Source: a virus (Duplodnaviria; Caudoviricetes). Taken from it: 64,000 nucleotides of DNA. The stretch lies in IMG/VR virus record IMGVR_UViG_3300020349_000003. The stretch is one strand, 5' to 3'. The position numbers and the translations under genes were made by a program. Every line of letters starts with the position of its first letter. The first letter of the stretch is position 1. Of the stretch, positions 27,009 to 37,900 are shown one piece after another. Below the pieces are notes generated by a model, which made no database searches, was not told the DNA's origin, and saw only the letters and a list, made by a program, of their open reading frames with translations.

Positions 27009-27815
27009 TCAACCGACTAAATCCATAGGTGGTAATTCATAACGATCACGCAGTTCTTTTTCAAGATCTGTTTTAAAAGTAGATGCATCCTCAAGTATCT
27101 GACGACCATTGAGTGTAACACCACCTAGCATTTGAATGCCATCATACTTACTTAAATTGCGACCCCACTGTTGTTGGAATAATGATTCCACATAATCCTT
27201 CAACCAGTTATCATTATACATGGAAGTATAAGTTTCTGGGTCTTGACGCATATTACAATCAACCATAATATAATCACCTACTGCCATATCTTTCCAATCA
27301 AAGTCCATATAAAGTCTACCTTGCAATTCATTCCATTTCACTCTACGATTTGCTTGAGAATTGGTTATCCAATCTAAAGTTTCAAGATATTGTGAAGTCA
27401 TAAAATAATGTAAGATACGACCATGTGTCATATTATGAATATCATTCAAGAAGAGTTGATATTTAATATTGAATATATTACCACTAGACATTTTCGACAT
27501 ACCAATATTAGTATACACATGATTAATGTTTAACATACCTGGAGGTGTGTCAATATAATTATCTGCACCATACCAAGGACCAGAACCTTCCTGAGTAAAT
27601 CCCCGTCCTGCATCCAACATAGCCTGTGTAACTTCAACTCTCATGAACGTCTTATAACTTCCGTTATAATGATATTCCTGATAGTAATCAATTGCTTCTT
27701 CAATTAGATCATCCAATTGTTCAGTAGCAACGTTGATGTCTATCGTAGGATATCCTAACCTACGTAGAGCATAATTTTTTATCTCAGTTTTAGTGGCTGG
27801 TCTTGTAGCTGACAT
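27009..27815 (-). CDS. g13: Neck protein gp13
   Basis: YALRRLGYPTIDINV, WLKDY, QWGRNLSKY and GGVTLNG. Confidence 0.95.
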   Translation of the reverse strand: MSATRPATKTEIKNYALRRLGYPTIDINVATEQLDDLIEEAIDYYQEYHYNGSYKTFMRVEVTQAMLDAGRGFTQEGSGPWYGADNYIDTPPGMLNINHVYTNIGMSKMSSGNIFNIKYQLFLNDIHNMTHGRILHYFMTSQYLETLDWITNSQANRRVKWNELQGRLYMDFDWKDMAVGDYIMVDCNMRQDPETYTSMYNDNWLKDYVESLFQQQWGRNLSKYDGIQMLGGVTLNGRQILEDASTFKTDLEKELRDRYELPPMDLVG

Positions 27816-27821
27816 TTATCT

Positions 27822-30800
27822 TTAAGCGAATGATTGGATAGTCAAGTTAGTAACATCATTAGCACCAACGGTTTCTCCCTTCTTGAAGAATCCATCAACA
27901 TTATCAACGGTAACTGAAGTAGCACCTAGAGCAGTGATAACTCCTGTTGAACCTGAAGTACCACCTGTAACGGTTGCACCCACTTCCATCGTTGCGATGT
28001 CAGATAGTGTGAAGGTTGCATTAACAAATACTGCAGCAGTGTTCAATGAAGAACCATTACCGTGGATGGCTGATACTGGAATTGTGCAACTGTTACCATG
28101 TATAGCAGATACAGAAGTCTGTGCATCACCATTACCACCTACAATAGTTATAACTTCGGAGTTTGCATAACCAGAACCATCAGTGTTAACTGCAACAGCA
28201 GTAACATTTCCACTTGCATCAGCAGTGATGTTAAGTGTCAATCCTGTACCAGAACCAGATGAGGTTGTAGCAACGTTGTTGAATGTACCCTCAGTATATC
28301 CAGTACCAGCAGCACTGATAGAACCAAGAGTATTAACTCCAGTTGCATTTGCATTAACAATAGTAACTGTATCAGAAGCAGCATAACCAGTACCATCATC
28401 ATTAACTGTTACTCCAGTTACAGCACCGTTACCATCAACTGTGATATCCACTGTTGCAGATGTATTAGAACCTGCTGTTGCAATTCCACTTCCAGCAGAA
28501 TAACCTGTACCAGCAGTAGCAATAGAACCAAGAGTCTTAATACCAGTTGCGTTAGCATTAGTAATGGTTAATGTCTCACCAATAGCATATCCAGAACCAG
28601 CATTATTAACAGAGACGTTAATGATTGCCCCACCAGATGCTGTGATGTTAAGTGTAGCACCTGTTCCTGAACCAGATGATGATGTAGCAACACCAGTTGC
28701 TGTAGTGTATCCAGTACCACCAGCCAATGTACCCAAGTTAAGAGCAGAAACACCACCTAGATTTGGGTTGGTTATTGTTAGTGTGTCAGAAATTAAGTAG
28801 TCACTACCAGCAGCATTAAGTGCAAGACCTGTAATAGCACCGTTTCCATCAACAGTAGTATTAACAGTTAATCCAGAACCAGTACCACCAGAGGTTGCTA
28901 CTCCAGTTGCATTAGAGAATCCTCCAAGACCACTAGCAGTAATAGAACCAATAGTTGTAACAGAACCTGGTGTTGGGTCTCCAGATAGATTCAGTACTAA
29001 TGTAGTTGAAGTTGCAAGGTTGTTAAGCATTGCACTAAGTTGTTCAAAAGCATTATCAAGTTTTGCCTGTACTCTTGCCTCTGTGTAGTAAAGGTTTGTA
29101 CCTTCTGCAAGAGCAGCAGTATTATGATTATTAAGGTTAGTTGCCTGTGTTGCAGAAGCAGCATTACCTGAAGTATCTTGGTTACCTCCTGTATTAACAC
29201 CTGGAAGACTGATTGATGCAGTACCATCAAATGCAACTCCACCAATGTTGACTGAAGCAGCCAAGGCAGTAGCAGTAGCAGCATTACCAGATGTATTCTG
29301 AGTACCAGCAATGTTAACACCAGCAAGATCTATATTTGCCGAACCATCGAATGCAACACCACCGATTGTCTTAGATGAATAGAATTTTGTTGCTGTATCA
29401 GCATTACCAATAAATGCACCACCAAAACTAGGTGCAGTAACTCTTCCGTTATCAGCATTAAAGGTGAGAGTAGATCTACTCTTAACTCCTAGATTACCAG
29501 TTGCAGATGTTGCAAACAGTATGTTGCAAGTTGTATCTGTCTGCTCATCAGCAACTGTAACTGTTGTTGCTATGTCTGCTGTACCTGTAAGGTCTCCAGT
29601 AATAGCAGTTATGTTTGCAGCATCTGCATATATTCCTTGCCATCTAACTGAAGTAGTACCTAAATCGTATGTACTATCAGCAGCAGGATTTAAATCTTTA
29701 GTAGTAGAAGTTGTAGCAACTAAGTTACCTGTAACATCTCCTGTGAGTGATGCTGTAATTACATTAGCAGCAAAGTCACCTGAACCGTCACGTAGGACAA
29801 GGTTGTTTGATGCGTTAGTGGACGCTGAAGCGACGTTAATCGTTGTATCACCTGATACACCATCAGCATTGGTAAGAGTGATTCCAGACGATGCTGTCGC
29901 CTGTAGGGTACGTTGAGCATATGTACCAGTACCTGTTCTTACAACATAACCTGTTCCAGACTGTGCAGCAAGAGCAGTGATATCACTATCAACGAATGTT
30001 GTTGTAATACTTACATCAGCAGAACCGTCAAACGATACTGTACCAGAAACAACACCAGCAACTGCTACGTTACGTGCAGTTTTAAATGCATCAGCAGAAG
30101 TTGCGTTACCTAAGAATCCAGCACCAGCACCAGCAGCACTAGCAGCAGTAATTTGATTAGCAGCAAAGTCTCCAGATCCATCACGATTAACAACTGTAGA
30201 TGCTGTATTAGCACTTGCAGTTGTCATATTATCTAAACGGTCAACGTTTAGGTTATTGACTTTTGTTGTAGATGTAATAACAAATGGAGCAGTACCATCA
30301 GCAACTTGGAAAGTACCTTGACCATCTACTGTTAGAGTACCGTCAATGTTTACATTGTTATCTACATCAAGGGCAGTACCAGCACCAGTAAGATTTAAAG
30401 AACCAGCTCTAAGAGCACCGTCTGTACCAGCGTGTACTTCAGAATTATTTGTTGCGTCTGTTAAGAATGCGAACTGGTTTGATGAGTTATCAAATCCAAA
30501 GAAACCAATCTTAGCAGAACTATCATAATAGCGGAACTCAACACCACGATCTTTAGCATCATCACTTGAAGGTGCAGTGTCTCCACCAAGAGTTATGATA
30601 GGGTCATCTAGAGTTGTTACTGTAGAATTGACAGTAGTAGTTGAACCATTAACTATTAGGTTACCACCAACAGTAAGGTCATTATGGAATACTCCATCAC
30701 CACTACTATTAGTTACCTTAAATGCATTTCTTCCATTACCTGAATCGTAAACTGTAAAGTCTCCACCAATCCAAGTCTTCTTCTGAACAGTTAAACCACC

Positions 30801-33800
30801 TTGAGATTTGAGAGCACAAGATGAAGAATTTAATGCAGCAGCATCCTGAGTACTACTAATATTTGTTATACCAGCAATATCAGCATCACCATTAAAATCA
30901 CAATTCTGAGTTACTATAAGATCTGTATAACATCTTACATCACCACCAAAAGCAGTTTGCTTAGTAACACCAAGACCACCATCAAGTCTTACAGCACCAT
31001 CCATGCTGAAGGAACCTGATATGTCTTGTTGTGTAGTGTTATCAAAGTTTGATACTGGGTCAACAGTAAATGAAGTACCGACTCCAAGTCCACCACTACA
31101 AGATGTATTTCCTGTTAACGTTGCATTCTTGTCATTCATATTGACATAGAATGCCATATTTCCACTTGTATCATTAACTTGGAAATAGTCGTTAGTTAGA
31201 TTACCACCAATTAATACACGACCTATAAACTCTGTAGTAGTTCTATGACCTACAGAACCTACAGTCAAGTCTCTCATTATGGTAGTGTCACCATAATCAT
31301 AATCAACAGTAAAGCAATCTGAACCAAAACCATTCTTGATTTTGAATATCTTATTGTTATCTTGGAACGTTACATCATCACCAAAGGTTGCTGCACCATC
31401 AACATTAAGTGTAGTATCGAAGTCAGCAGCCAACTTAGTATTAAGTGTACCTTCAATAACTGTGTTACCACTAGTAGAAGCAACAGTAAACTTATCAGTA
31501 GTACCAGTACGAACAGCAAAGTCTGCATCAACATCAAGAGTACCATTAATTTCTGTATTACCAGCAACGTCAAGTGTACCTTGAATATCTGTATTACCTG
31601 TAGCACCTAAAACACTAAACTTAACTGTGTCTCCAGATGCTTTCTTACCAACGAATAGACCTTCACCAGATCCAGTACCACCAACATGTAGTGTTGTATT
31701 AACACCAGCACCACCATAGACTCTTAAGTTAGAAGTGTTATGGTTTGAGTAACTTGGAGTATATGCACCAACAGAACCAGTACGAAGTTTGTATCTGACA
31801 GATAGGTAGTTCCTTAAACCGTAGTTCTCAGTTGCGTCTTCTTGCTGGTTAAAGTCACCGTTAAGATATAAGTCACCATTAAAGAGAACATCCTTATCAA
31901 AGTATCCACCACCATCTACTCTCAATGCACCATAATCAGCAGACCCAATTGTATGTGGAGCACCAGATACGATATTAGGATTGTCTGTAGATTCAAGATG
32001 AACTAGGTCAGCAACATTTAATTTACCTTCACTGTTAGTATCACCATTATCTGTATCAACTGTAAACTTATCTACTCCAGCAGCAGTTTGAATCTTGAAG
32101 AACTTACCATCTGCTTTAATAGTAGTAGCATCAGATACATCTAAAGTACCAGCAATAGCAGTGTTACCAGATGCTGCTACAACATTAAACTTGTTAGAAT
32201 TAATATTAAGGTTGTTAGTTATATCAACAACACCATAGAATGATGCATTACCAGTTGTTGATTGTAGTTCTACTCTAGTAGTTCCACTACCATTGTTTAA
32301 TTGAAGTGTCTTAGATGCACCTTGAATAGTAAGACTGTCATTAAAACGACCTGTACCATGAGTAACAAAGTTTGTATCTATATCTACCGAACCACCGATA
32401 TTAACATCATCACCTATACCAGCACCACCTGCTACTACTAAGTCTCCAGTAGTATTTGAGGTTGAGTTAGTATTAGTTGTTAGACTTAAGTTACCAGCGA
32501 TGATCCCTGCATCTGTTCCAGCGAATACTTCGGAGGTATTTGTGGCATCGTAGAGGAATGTAAACGCTCCTGAATGTCCTCCAAGATCGTTGGCTGAATC
32601 GTCGTAACCAAAGAATCCAACCTTTGCCGAAGCGTCGTAATATCTGAATTCAACTCCCCTATCTTTACTGTCATCTGACGCTGGAGCAGTATCACCACCA
32701 AGAGTGATAATAGGATCATCCAACGTAGTAACTGTTGAATTAACTGTTGTAGTCGTTCCATCTACTTGTAAGTTTCCTCGTATAGTTACCAGTCCAGTAA
32801 TATCTCTATCATCATTAGGGTCAATTAATATATCACCAGTACCACCCAAATAATTAGCTTGGAACCTTAAGTCCTCTACATGAACTTTACCATTAGCATC
32901 ATTAGCAGAAATAGTAACTTTATCTTCTGCACCAATGATTACATGACTTTCACCAGAACCTAAGTTAGTTGCAAAAATACTTACTGTTCTATTAGATGCA
33001 GAACTTTGTGTGGACTGTATAGTTAAATTACCATCACCAGTCTTGTCTATAGTTTGTGCAACCGTCCCATCAAGGGTAATGTCAGGATCTGAAATGTAAG
33101 TTCTTACATTGATATCAACCTCTCCAGCACTACTGTCACCAGTATTATTAGCACCGAATAAAAGATTCCCTGAAGTATCGTTAACTTTAACATAGTTTAA
33201 ATAATTGAAACCTCTATAACCAGTTGTTGCTGTGAGTTCTTGATCTAAATCAAAGTTCTCTACTGCATTTCCATCAGCAAAACCGATACGTTTATTTTGT
33301 AATTGACTATTGTCAACAGAATTGGCAGCAATAGTAACATGACCTGTTGCTGCAACATCAAAATCTTCTTGTGCAAATGATGCGAGTCCTTTCTGCTTTG
33401 TATTAACAGCAGCTAAGTATCTCCAAGATCCAGCATCAGTAGCATCAGTGTGTGTAGGTGCTGCTTCTCCAGCAGCAATTCCTAATATTGCTTGATAGAG
33501 ATTACCACCATTAGTAATTTTATCATCACGAACATAGACAGTAGCAGCATTATATGCTAGTGCTTCAGTTCCTTCTACTGCTGTAGCAATAGGAGCATCA
33601 GCAGATGCTGTTAATCTACCATAATCATCAACCGTATAAGTGGTTGTGTTAACTGTTTGTGAACCAGCTACTGAGGTAAGTGATGCTGTATTATAATCAG
33701 CAGGAGTTACGGCAGTAGTTATTAAATCAATTGTTGGGTTTCCACTTATACCACTACCATCTGTAATAGCGATTCTTGAAGTACTACCCTGAAGAGTTCT

Positions 33801-34412
33801 AGTTGCCATCACATTGGCAGAAGTTCTAGCAATCAATCCAGTTGTAGTAATTCCAGCAACTGCAGCAAGATCACCATCATAAGGCATAGCAGAAGAACCT
33901 TCTACTGTACCATCTAGACCATATGCAGCAAGAGTTGTTGGTGTTGAAGCATTTGAAACTCTACCTTTAGCATCTACAGTTACCTTAGTATAAGTTCCTG
34001 TAGATGTTGATGTACCGTCATAATGAGGTAGAGTTGTAACTAATTCTAATGATGTTACTAAGTTTAAGTTAGAAGAACCATCAAAGACACCAGATCCTTG
34101 AACATCATCTGAAAGTTGAATTTGACGAGTTGAAGCAAGTCTTGTAGCAGTTGAAGCATTACCAATTAGAGTTGATGTAATTGTTGCTGCAGCGAAATTT
34201 CCGTCTGCGTCTCTTTGTACTAACGTATTTGCGGTATTGGATGTTGATTCAACTGGTCTCTCATATCTCAAAGAGTTCCATGCTGAAACACCATCACCAA
34301 TTTTAAATCGGCCAGTGTCTAATTCTATCCCTAATTCACCTTGTGCCAATGTAGGGTTTGAGTTTGCCCATTCCTGAGCACCACCTCGTCTTAACTGTAT
34401 TCTATTTGCCAT
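27822..34412 (-). CDS. Long tail fibre protein (2,196 aa)
   Basis: Mtd-N-like start RIQLRRG...W...NP.LA.GE.G.E.DT..FKIGDG...W..L.Y, trimeric beta-type repeats, an internal duplication and G-rich C-terminal modules. Confidence 0.88.
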   Translation of the reverse strand: MANRIQLRRGGAQEWANSNPTLAQGELGIELDTGRFKIGDGVSAWNSLRYERPVESTSNTANTLVQRDADGNFAAATITSTLIGNASTATRLASTRQIQLSDDVQGSGVFDGSSNLNLVTSLELVTTLPHYDGTSTSTGTYTKVTVDAKGRVSNASTPTTLAAYGLDGTVEGSSAMPYDGDLAAVAGITTTGLIARTSANVMATRTLQGSTSRIAITDGSGISGNPTIDLITTAVTPADYNTASLTSVAGSQTVNTTTYTVDDYGRLTASADAPIATAVEGTEALAYNAATVYVRDDKITNGGNLYQAILGIAAGEAAPTHTDATDAGSWRYLAAVNTKQKGLASFAQEDFDVAATGHVTIAANSVDNSQLQNKRIGFADGNAVENFDLDQELTATTGYRGFNYLNYVKVNDTSGNLLFGANNTGDSSAGEVDINVRTYISDPDITLDGTVAQTIDKTGDGNLTIQSTQSSASNRTVSIFATNLGSGESHVIIGAEDKVTISANDANGKVHVEDLRFQANYLGGTGDILIDPNDDRDITGLVTIRGNLQVDGTTTTVNSTVTTLDDPIITLGGDTAPASDDSKDRGVEFRYYDASAKVGFFGYDDSANDLGGHSGAFTFLYDATNTSEVFAGTDAGIIAGNLSLTTNTNSTSNTTGDLVVAGGAGIGDDVNIGGSVDIDTNFVTHGTGRFNDSLTIQGASKTLQLNNGSGTTRVELQSTTGNASFYGVVDITNNLNINSNKFNVVAASGNTAIAGTLDVSDATTIKADGKFFKIQTAAGVDKFTVDTDNGDTNSEGKLNVADLVHLESTDNPNIVSGAPHTIGSADYGALRVDGGGYFDKDVLFNGDLYLNGDFNQQEDATENYGLRNYLSVRYKLRTGSVGAYTPSYSNHNTSNLRVYGGAGVNTTLHVGGTGSGEGLFVGKKASGDTVKFSVLGATGNTDIQGTLDVAGNTEINGTLDVDADFAVRTGTTDKFTVASTSGNTVIEGTLNTKLAADFDTTLNVDGAATFGDDVTFQDNNKIFKIKNGFGSDCFTVDYDYGDTTIMRDLTVGSVGHRTTTEFIGRVLIGGNLTNDYFQVNDTSGNMAFYVNMNDKNATLTGNTSCSGGLGVGTSFTVDPVSNFDNTTQQDISGSFSMDGAVRLDGGLGVTKQTAFGGDVRCYTDLIVTQNCDFNGDADIAGITNISSTQDAAALNSSSCALKSQGGLTVQKKTWIGGDFTVYDSGNGRNAFKVTNSSGDGVFHNDLTVGGNLIVNGSTTTVNSTVTTLDDPIITLGGDTAPSSDDAKDRGVEFRYYDSSAKIGFFGFDNSSNQFAFLTDATNNSEVHAGTDGALRAGSLNLTGAGTALDVDNNVNIDGTLTVDGQGTFQVADGTAPFVITSTTKVNNLNVDRLDNMTTASANTASTVVNRDGSGDFAANQITAASAAGAGAGFLGNATSADAFKTARNVAVAGVVSGTVSFDGSADVSITTTFVDSDITALAAQSGTGYVVRTGTGTYAQRTLQATASSGITLTNADGVSGDTTINVASASTNASNNLVLRDGSGDFAANVITASLTGDVTGNLVATTSTTKDLNPAADSTYDLGTTSVRWQGIYADAANITAITGDLTGTADIATTVTVADEQTDTTCNILFATSATGNLGVKSRSTLTFNADNGRVTAPSFGGAFIGNADTATKFYSSKTIGGVAFDGSANIDLAGVNIAGTQNTSGNAATATALAASVNIGGVAFDGTASISLPGVNTGGNQDTSGNAASATQATNLNNHNTAALAEGTNLYYTEARVQAKLDNAFEQLSAMLNNLATSTTLVLNLSGDPTPGSVTTIGSITASGLGGFSNATGVATSGGTGSGLTVNTTVDGNGAITGLALNAAGSDYLISDTLTITNPNLGGVSALNLGTLAGGTGYTTATGVATSSSGSGTGATLNITASGGAIINVSVNNAGSGYAIGETLTITNANATGIKTLGSIATAGTGYSAGSGIATAGSNTSATVDITVDGNGAVTGVTVNDDGTGYAASDTVTIVNANATGVNTLGSISAAGTGYTEGTFNNVATTSSGSGTGLTLNITADASGNVTAVAVNTDGSGYANSEVITIVGGNGDAQTSVSAIHGNSCTIPVSAIHGNGSSLNTAAVFVNATFTLSDIATMEVGATVTGGTSGSTGVITALGATSVTVDNVDGFFKKGETVGANDVTNLTIQSFA
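27990..28967 (-). repeat. Four ~70-aa GTGY/GSGY beta modules, nested
   Basis: Four G.GY...AT..GSG.T...G.GY...TIT units followed by four short closing strands. Confidence 0.7.
30390..32775 (-). repeat. Duplicated ~90-aa fibre module (copies at ~32490-32775 and ~30390-30663)
   Basis: TTTVNSTVTTLDDPIITLGGDTAP.SDD.KDRGVEFRYYD.SAK.GFFG occurs twice. Confidence 0.9.
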
Positions 34413-34448
34413 TTTATTGGAACAACTCTATAAAACATGCTTCCAAGT

Positions 34449-34455
34449 TATTTAT
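34449..34455 (-). promoter_or_regulatory. Late promoter ATAAATA (tail fibre)
   Basis: Motif just downstream of a terminator and upstream of the fibre ATG. Confidence 0.7.
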
Positions 34456-34461
34456 GTCATT

Positions 34462-34487
34462 AAAAAGGGGGAACTTAATCCCCCTTT
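34462..34487 (-). terminator. Rho-independent terminator
   Basis: Stem AAAGGGGGA/TCCCCCTTT with a 6-nt loop and a U-tract on the minus strand. Confidence 0.85.
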
Positions 34488-34489
34488 CA

Positions 34490-34723
34490 TTATTCTTCAG
34501 TTGTTAGGTTATCTACCGTTGTTTCTTCCTCTGGAGGAGATTCTTGATAGTACTGAAGTGCTTCTATAGCACCTTGAAGCTTAAGTGCTATGATTTCATT
34601 TTCTTTAATCTTTTTTGCTAATTCTTCGTTCTCTTTAACAGTTTTATTAAACCGTTCTTGGAACTGTGCCAGCATCGCTTCTTGGGACACCTTTTCTACA
34701 GGTGCTGTTGCATCATCTGTCAT
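34490..34723 (-). CDS. Small acidic coiled-coil protein
   Basis: Heptad pattern, KLQGAIEAL; ATGA overlap with the upstream gene. Confidence 0.7.
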   Translation of the reverse strand: MTDDATAPVEKVSQEAMLAQFQERFNKTVKENEELAKKIKENEIIALKLQGAIEALQYYQESPPEEETTVDNLTTEE

Positions 34724-34947
34724 TTTTTGTCTTGGACTAACGTTAGTAAAAGTGTTTTTATTTCACTCATTTCTGATTTTAACTCAGAAACCTCATTTTG
34801 TAAAGCTATCTGCTCACCCTTTTCCCTCTGATCAGCATAATAAGTTTTCATATACTTATCATAAGCATGCTTATCAGTAGACTCAATACATCCAGAGGTG
34901 GTGTCTTTCCACCACCCATCTTTATCTTTAATAGGTAAGTACCCCAT
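34720..34947 (-). CDS. Small conserved protein downstream of vrlC
   Basis: KD..SG.I...D...Y..Y and a C-terminal coiled coil LKSEMSEIKTLL. Confidence 0.75.
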   Translation of the reverse strand: MGYLPIKDKDGWWKDTTSGCIESTDKHAYDKYMKTYYADQREKGEQIALQNEVSELKSEMSEIKTLLLTLVQDKK

Positions 34948-37900
34948 TATACAGCAAGAGCGATTGCTCTTAGATCCATTATCTTAGGTATGCTAGCTTG
35001 GTTTTGAGATACAAACAATATCTTAATTTGATACTGTGTAAAGTCTAATCCACTCATTTCATAAGCGTAATCCCTATAAACTTCCTCATCGGTAGTTGCT
35101 GGAATTACTGAATCACCACCAGTAGGGAAGAATTCCCATCCTAGAGTCTCTATGTTATCAGTTGAACCTGCAGGTAGCACTCTATATAGAGGCTTGATAT
35201 GTGTATCAGGTGGTCGGGTAGCACTAAACATTAGTTTAATAGCACCAGAAGGATTTGAAAGAGTAGCAATTCTAGTAATATAAACCGCTTCATGTTCGTC
35301 ACCAACTGGTAACAAAGCAGAATTTATATTAGATGGACTGTTAATTCTATTAGATGTTAGAATTACAGACATCCTATCTGTATCAATTATAGGTGATACA
35401 TTTTCTTTCTCACTCTTAAGTGTTAGATCTAGTCGGAATGACTTAGAACCTGATAACTCAGCAGATTCATTAATCTGTGAACAAATCAATTGTGGAGCTA
35501 AGAACTCATTATAGTCATTCAATACTACATCAAAGAACTCACCTGTATTCGAGAATGAATTCTGTGCTAATGAAACACCATCGTTAATAGATGTTCCACT
35601 AATAGTATTAACCGTACCATCTATTGAAGTCTTAGGTAGTATTAGTTTTTGAACTTGTGGTGTCAAAACTTCATACTGAATATTCTGAGATGCCTCAATA
35701 GAATTACCACCAGACTTAATACCCAACTTAGCAATTGAAGTTGTTGTCAATTCATAAGAATCTAATGATGGTGCCATAATAGCAACATGAGTTTTATTCA
35801 ATTCTGTCAATGGTATACCATCTAGATTATAACACTCTACTACACTATCATCAGTATGAGTAACAGCAGTAGTTCCATCTACACCTCTTTCATAAGCAGT
35901 AATAGTTTTACCATCACCACTAACAGCAGAGTATGATATAATCTCATCGTCTATCTTAACATAACCAACGTTTGCTGTTCCAACAGTACCACCATTAATG
36001 GTTGTGTGGAATGCAGTACCATCATTAACCTGAATACTTGTATCAGCAGCAGATATAGATGATGTTAAGTATGTTGTAGATACTTCAGAAGTAATACCAG
36101 TAAGAGTTACATTGTTATCATTGTCATGCATTCCATGATTTGAATGGAATACTTTAATTCTTCTTTGTGAACTTGTATATGTTGGAGATGTTGAAGGATA
36201 TGCATCACTAACAGCACCTGTCTCAATTACGTCACCACTATAAGTTATGGCATTAACTGTTGCAGTTACAGATGATGTACCACCTGTGATAGTTTCAGTA
36301 GATGCTGTATAGTCAGTAGAAACATATTTTAAAGTTAGTGTGTTACTTCCTGGAGTCCAAGTAACAACTTCAGCAGTAGGAGTTGTTGCAGAGTTACCAG
36401 TAATTGTTTCACCAACAGTAAAGTCACCAGATGCACCTGTTACCGTCATAGTAGCAAGTGTCTTAGATGAAACTAATCTATTAGAAATAACACCACCAGT
36501 GTTAGACCCAGAAGACCATGATCCTGAGATATCATTAATTGTTAAAAGTACACCTCCAGCACTAGAAGCAACTGTCTTAATAGTACCTTCTGCTAATGTT
36601 GTCTTTTGATAAACACGAGCACCAGCACTAAATGGTAATGTAGTTGAGTTCATCACCAACTGCAATTCAGGTTGGAATGTTTGAATTCCATCAGGTTGTA
36701 ATATAATCTTACCTCTATTACCTCTATCCAATGGAGCATTATTTAAAGTAACTCTAGAAGCAACAGATGTATCAAATACTGCTCTGTTAACAATGAACTT
36801 CATATCTTCGTATTGGTCAGCAGTCCACGTTGTTGCGTTCTGTGACTTGAATAGAACACCAGCATAAGGCTGTTCAGATATAGTTCTGTCTCCAGTAATA
36901 TCCAATTCACCCATTCTAGAAATCCAAACTTTATATGTATTAGAATCTGAGAATAGAACAAAACAATGTTCTTGAGATTGAGGAATATAAACTGGAGCTC
37001 TAAATGTAAATCTAGTTGCAACAGCACCTGTCTCAGAGATCTGTACTTGTTCTGGAGTTAGTGTTGTATCAGAGAAAGGAAGAATCGTAGTTGTGGGATA
37101 TCCATTCTCCATAGTTCTAACTTGCATAGAGATAGGAATATTAACATCCTTAGTAGCAAAGTAGATATCAACTGAAGTGATAAATGTACCACCTTCTTCA
37201 TCAACCAAGAATGATTGTGCTAGTGGATCCCACCAACCAACCTGACGAGTCTCATCCCTAATAGTTGTAGTAATACTCTGACTTTGAGTTTGAGTATCTT
37301 GAGTAACCTCTGCATTTCTAATAGAGAGAATAACTTCTTGAACTGTATTCAAAGAACCAGTTGCCCTGTATTCTACTTGTGCGGCAGAATCTACAGTTCC
37401 TGGAAGTCTAGAATCATTTTCATTAGTGGTAAATCTTAATAGCCTTGTACCAGTAGACCAACGAGGGTTGGTATTAATACCAGCATCAGGTATAAACAAT
37501 GACGCTCTATACTGCCCTCTTCTATCAGAAATACATCTACGGTCTTTAACAACTGCTCTAGCACCTGAAGCACCTTGTAGCACTTCTCCAACTTGAACGT
37601 TACCAAAGTATTCACCTACAGCTTGAGCAGCAAGAGAAGTGGTATTGATGTTAATAAAGTTAGTTGTTGAAGCATATGATGATGGAAGTTCCGTATCATC
37701 ATAAGGATTATATGTGAAGTAATCATTAGGTGCAGCAACTTGTAACTTACATCCACTAGTTAAACCAGTTACAGTTTCACCTTCAACAAATGGTGTAGAG
37801 TTTGTTCTAGAGTCGGTAGTAGAATCCTTAATAACCTCAATAATCTTAGGTGTTAAATAAGCATCAACCCTCTGTCCATCAAAGAATGCGAAGAATGATG

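Noticed and set aside
28568-29326. Leu/Val-rich +1-frame ORFs in the fibre (similar ones occur in vrlC and g7)
   Set aside because: This is the expected composition of the +1 frame given T/A-ending codons; I saw no accompanying codon anomaly.
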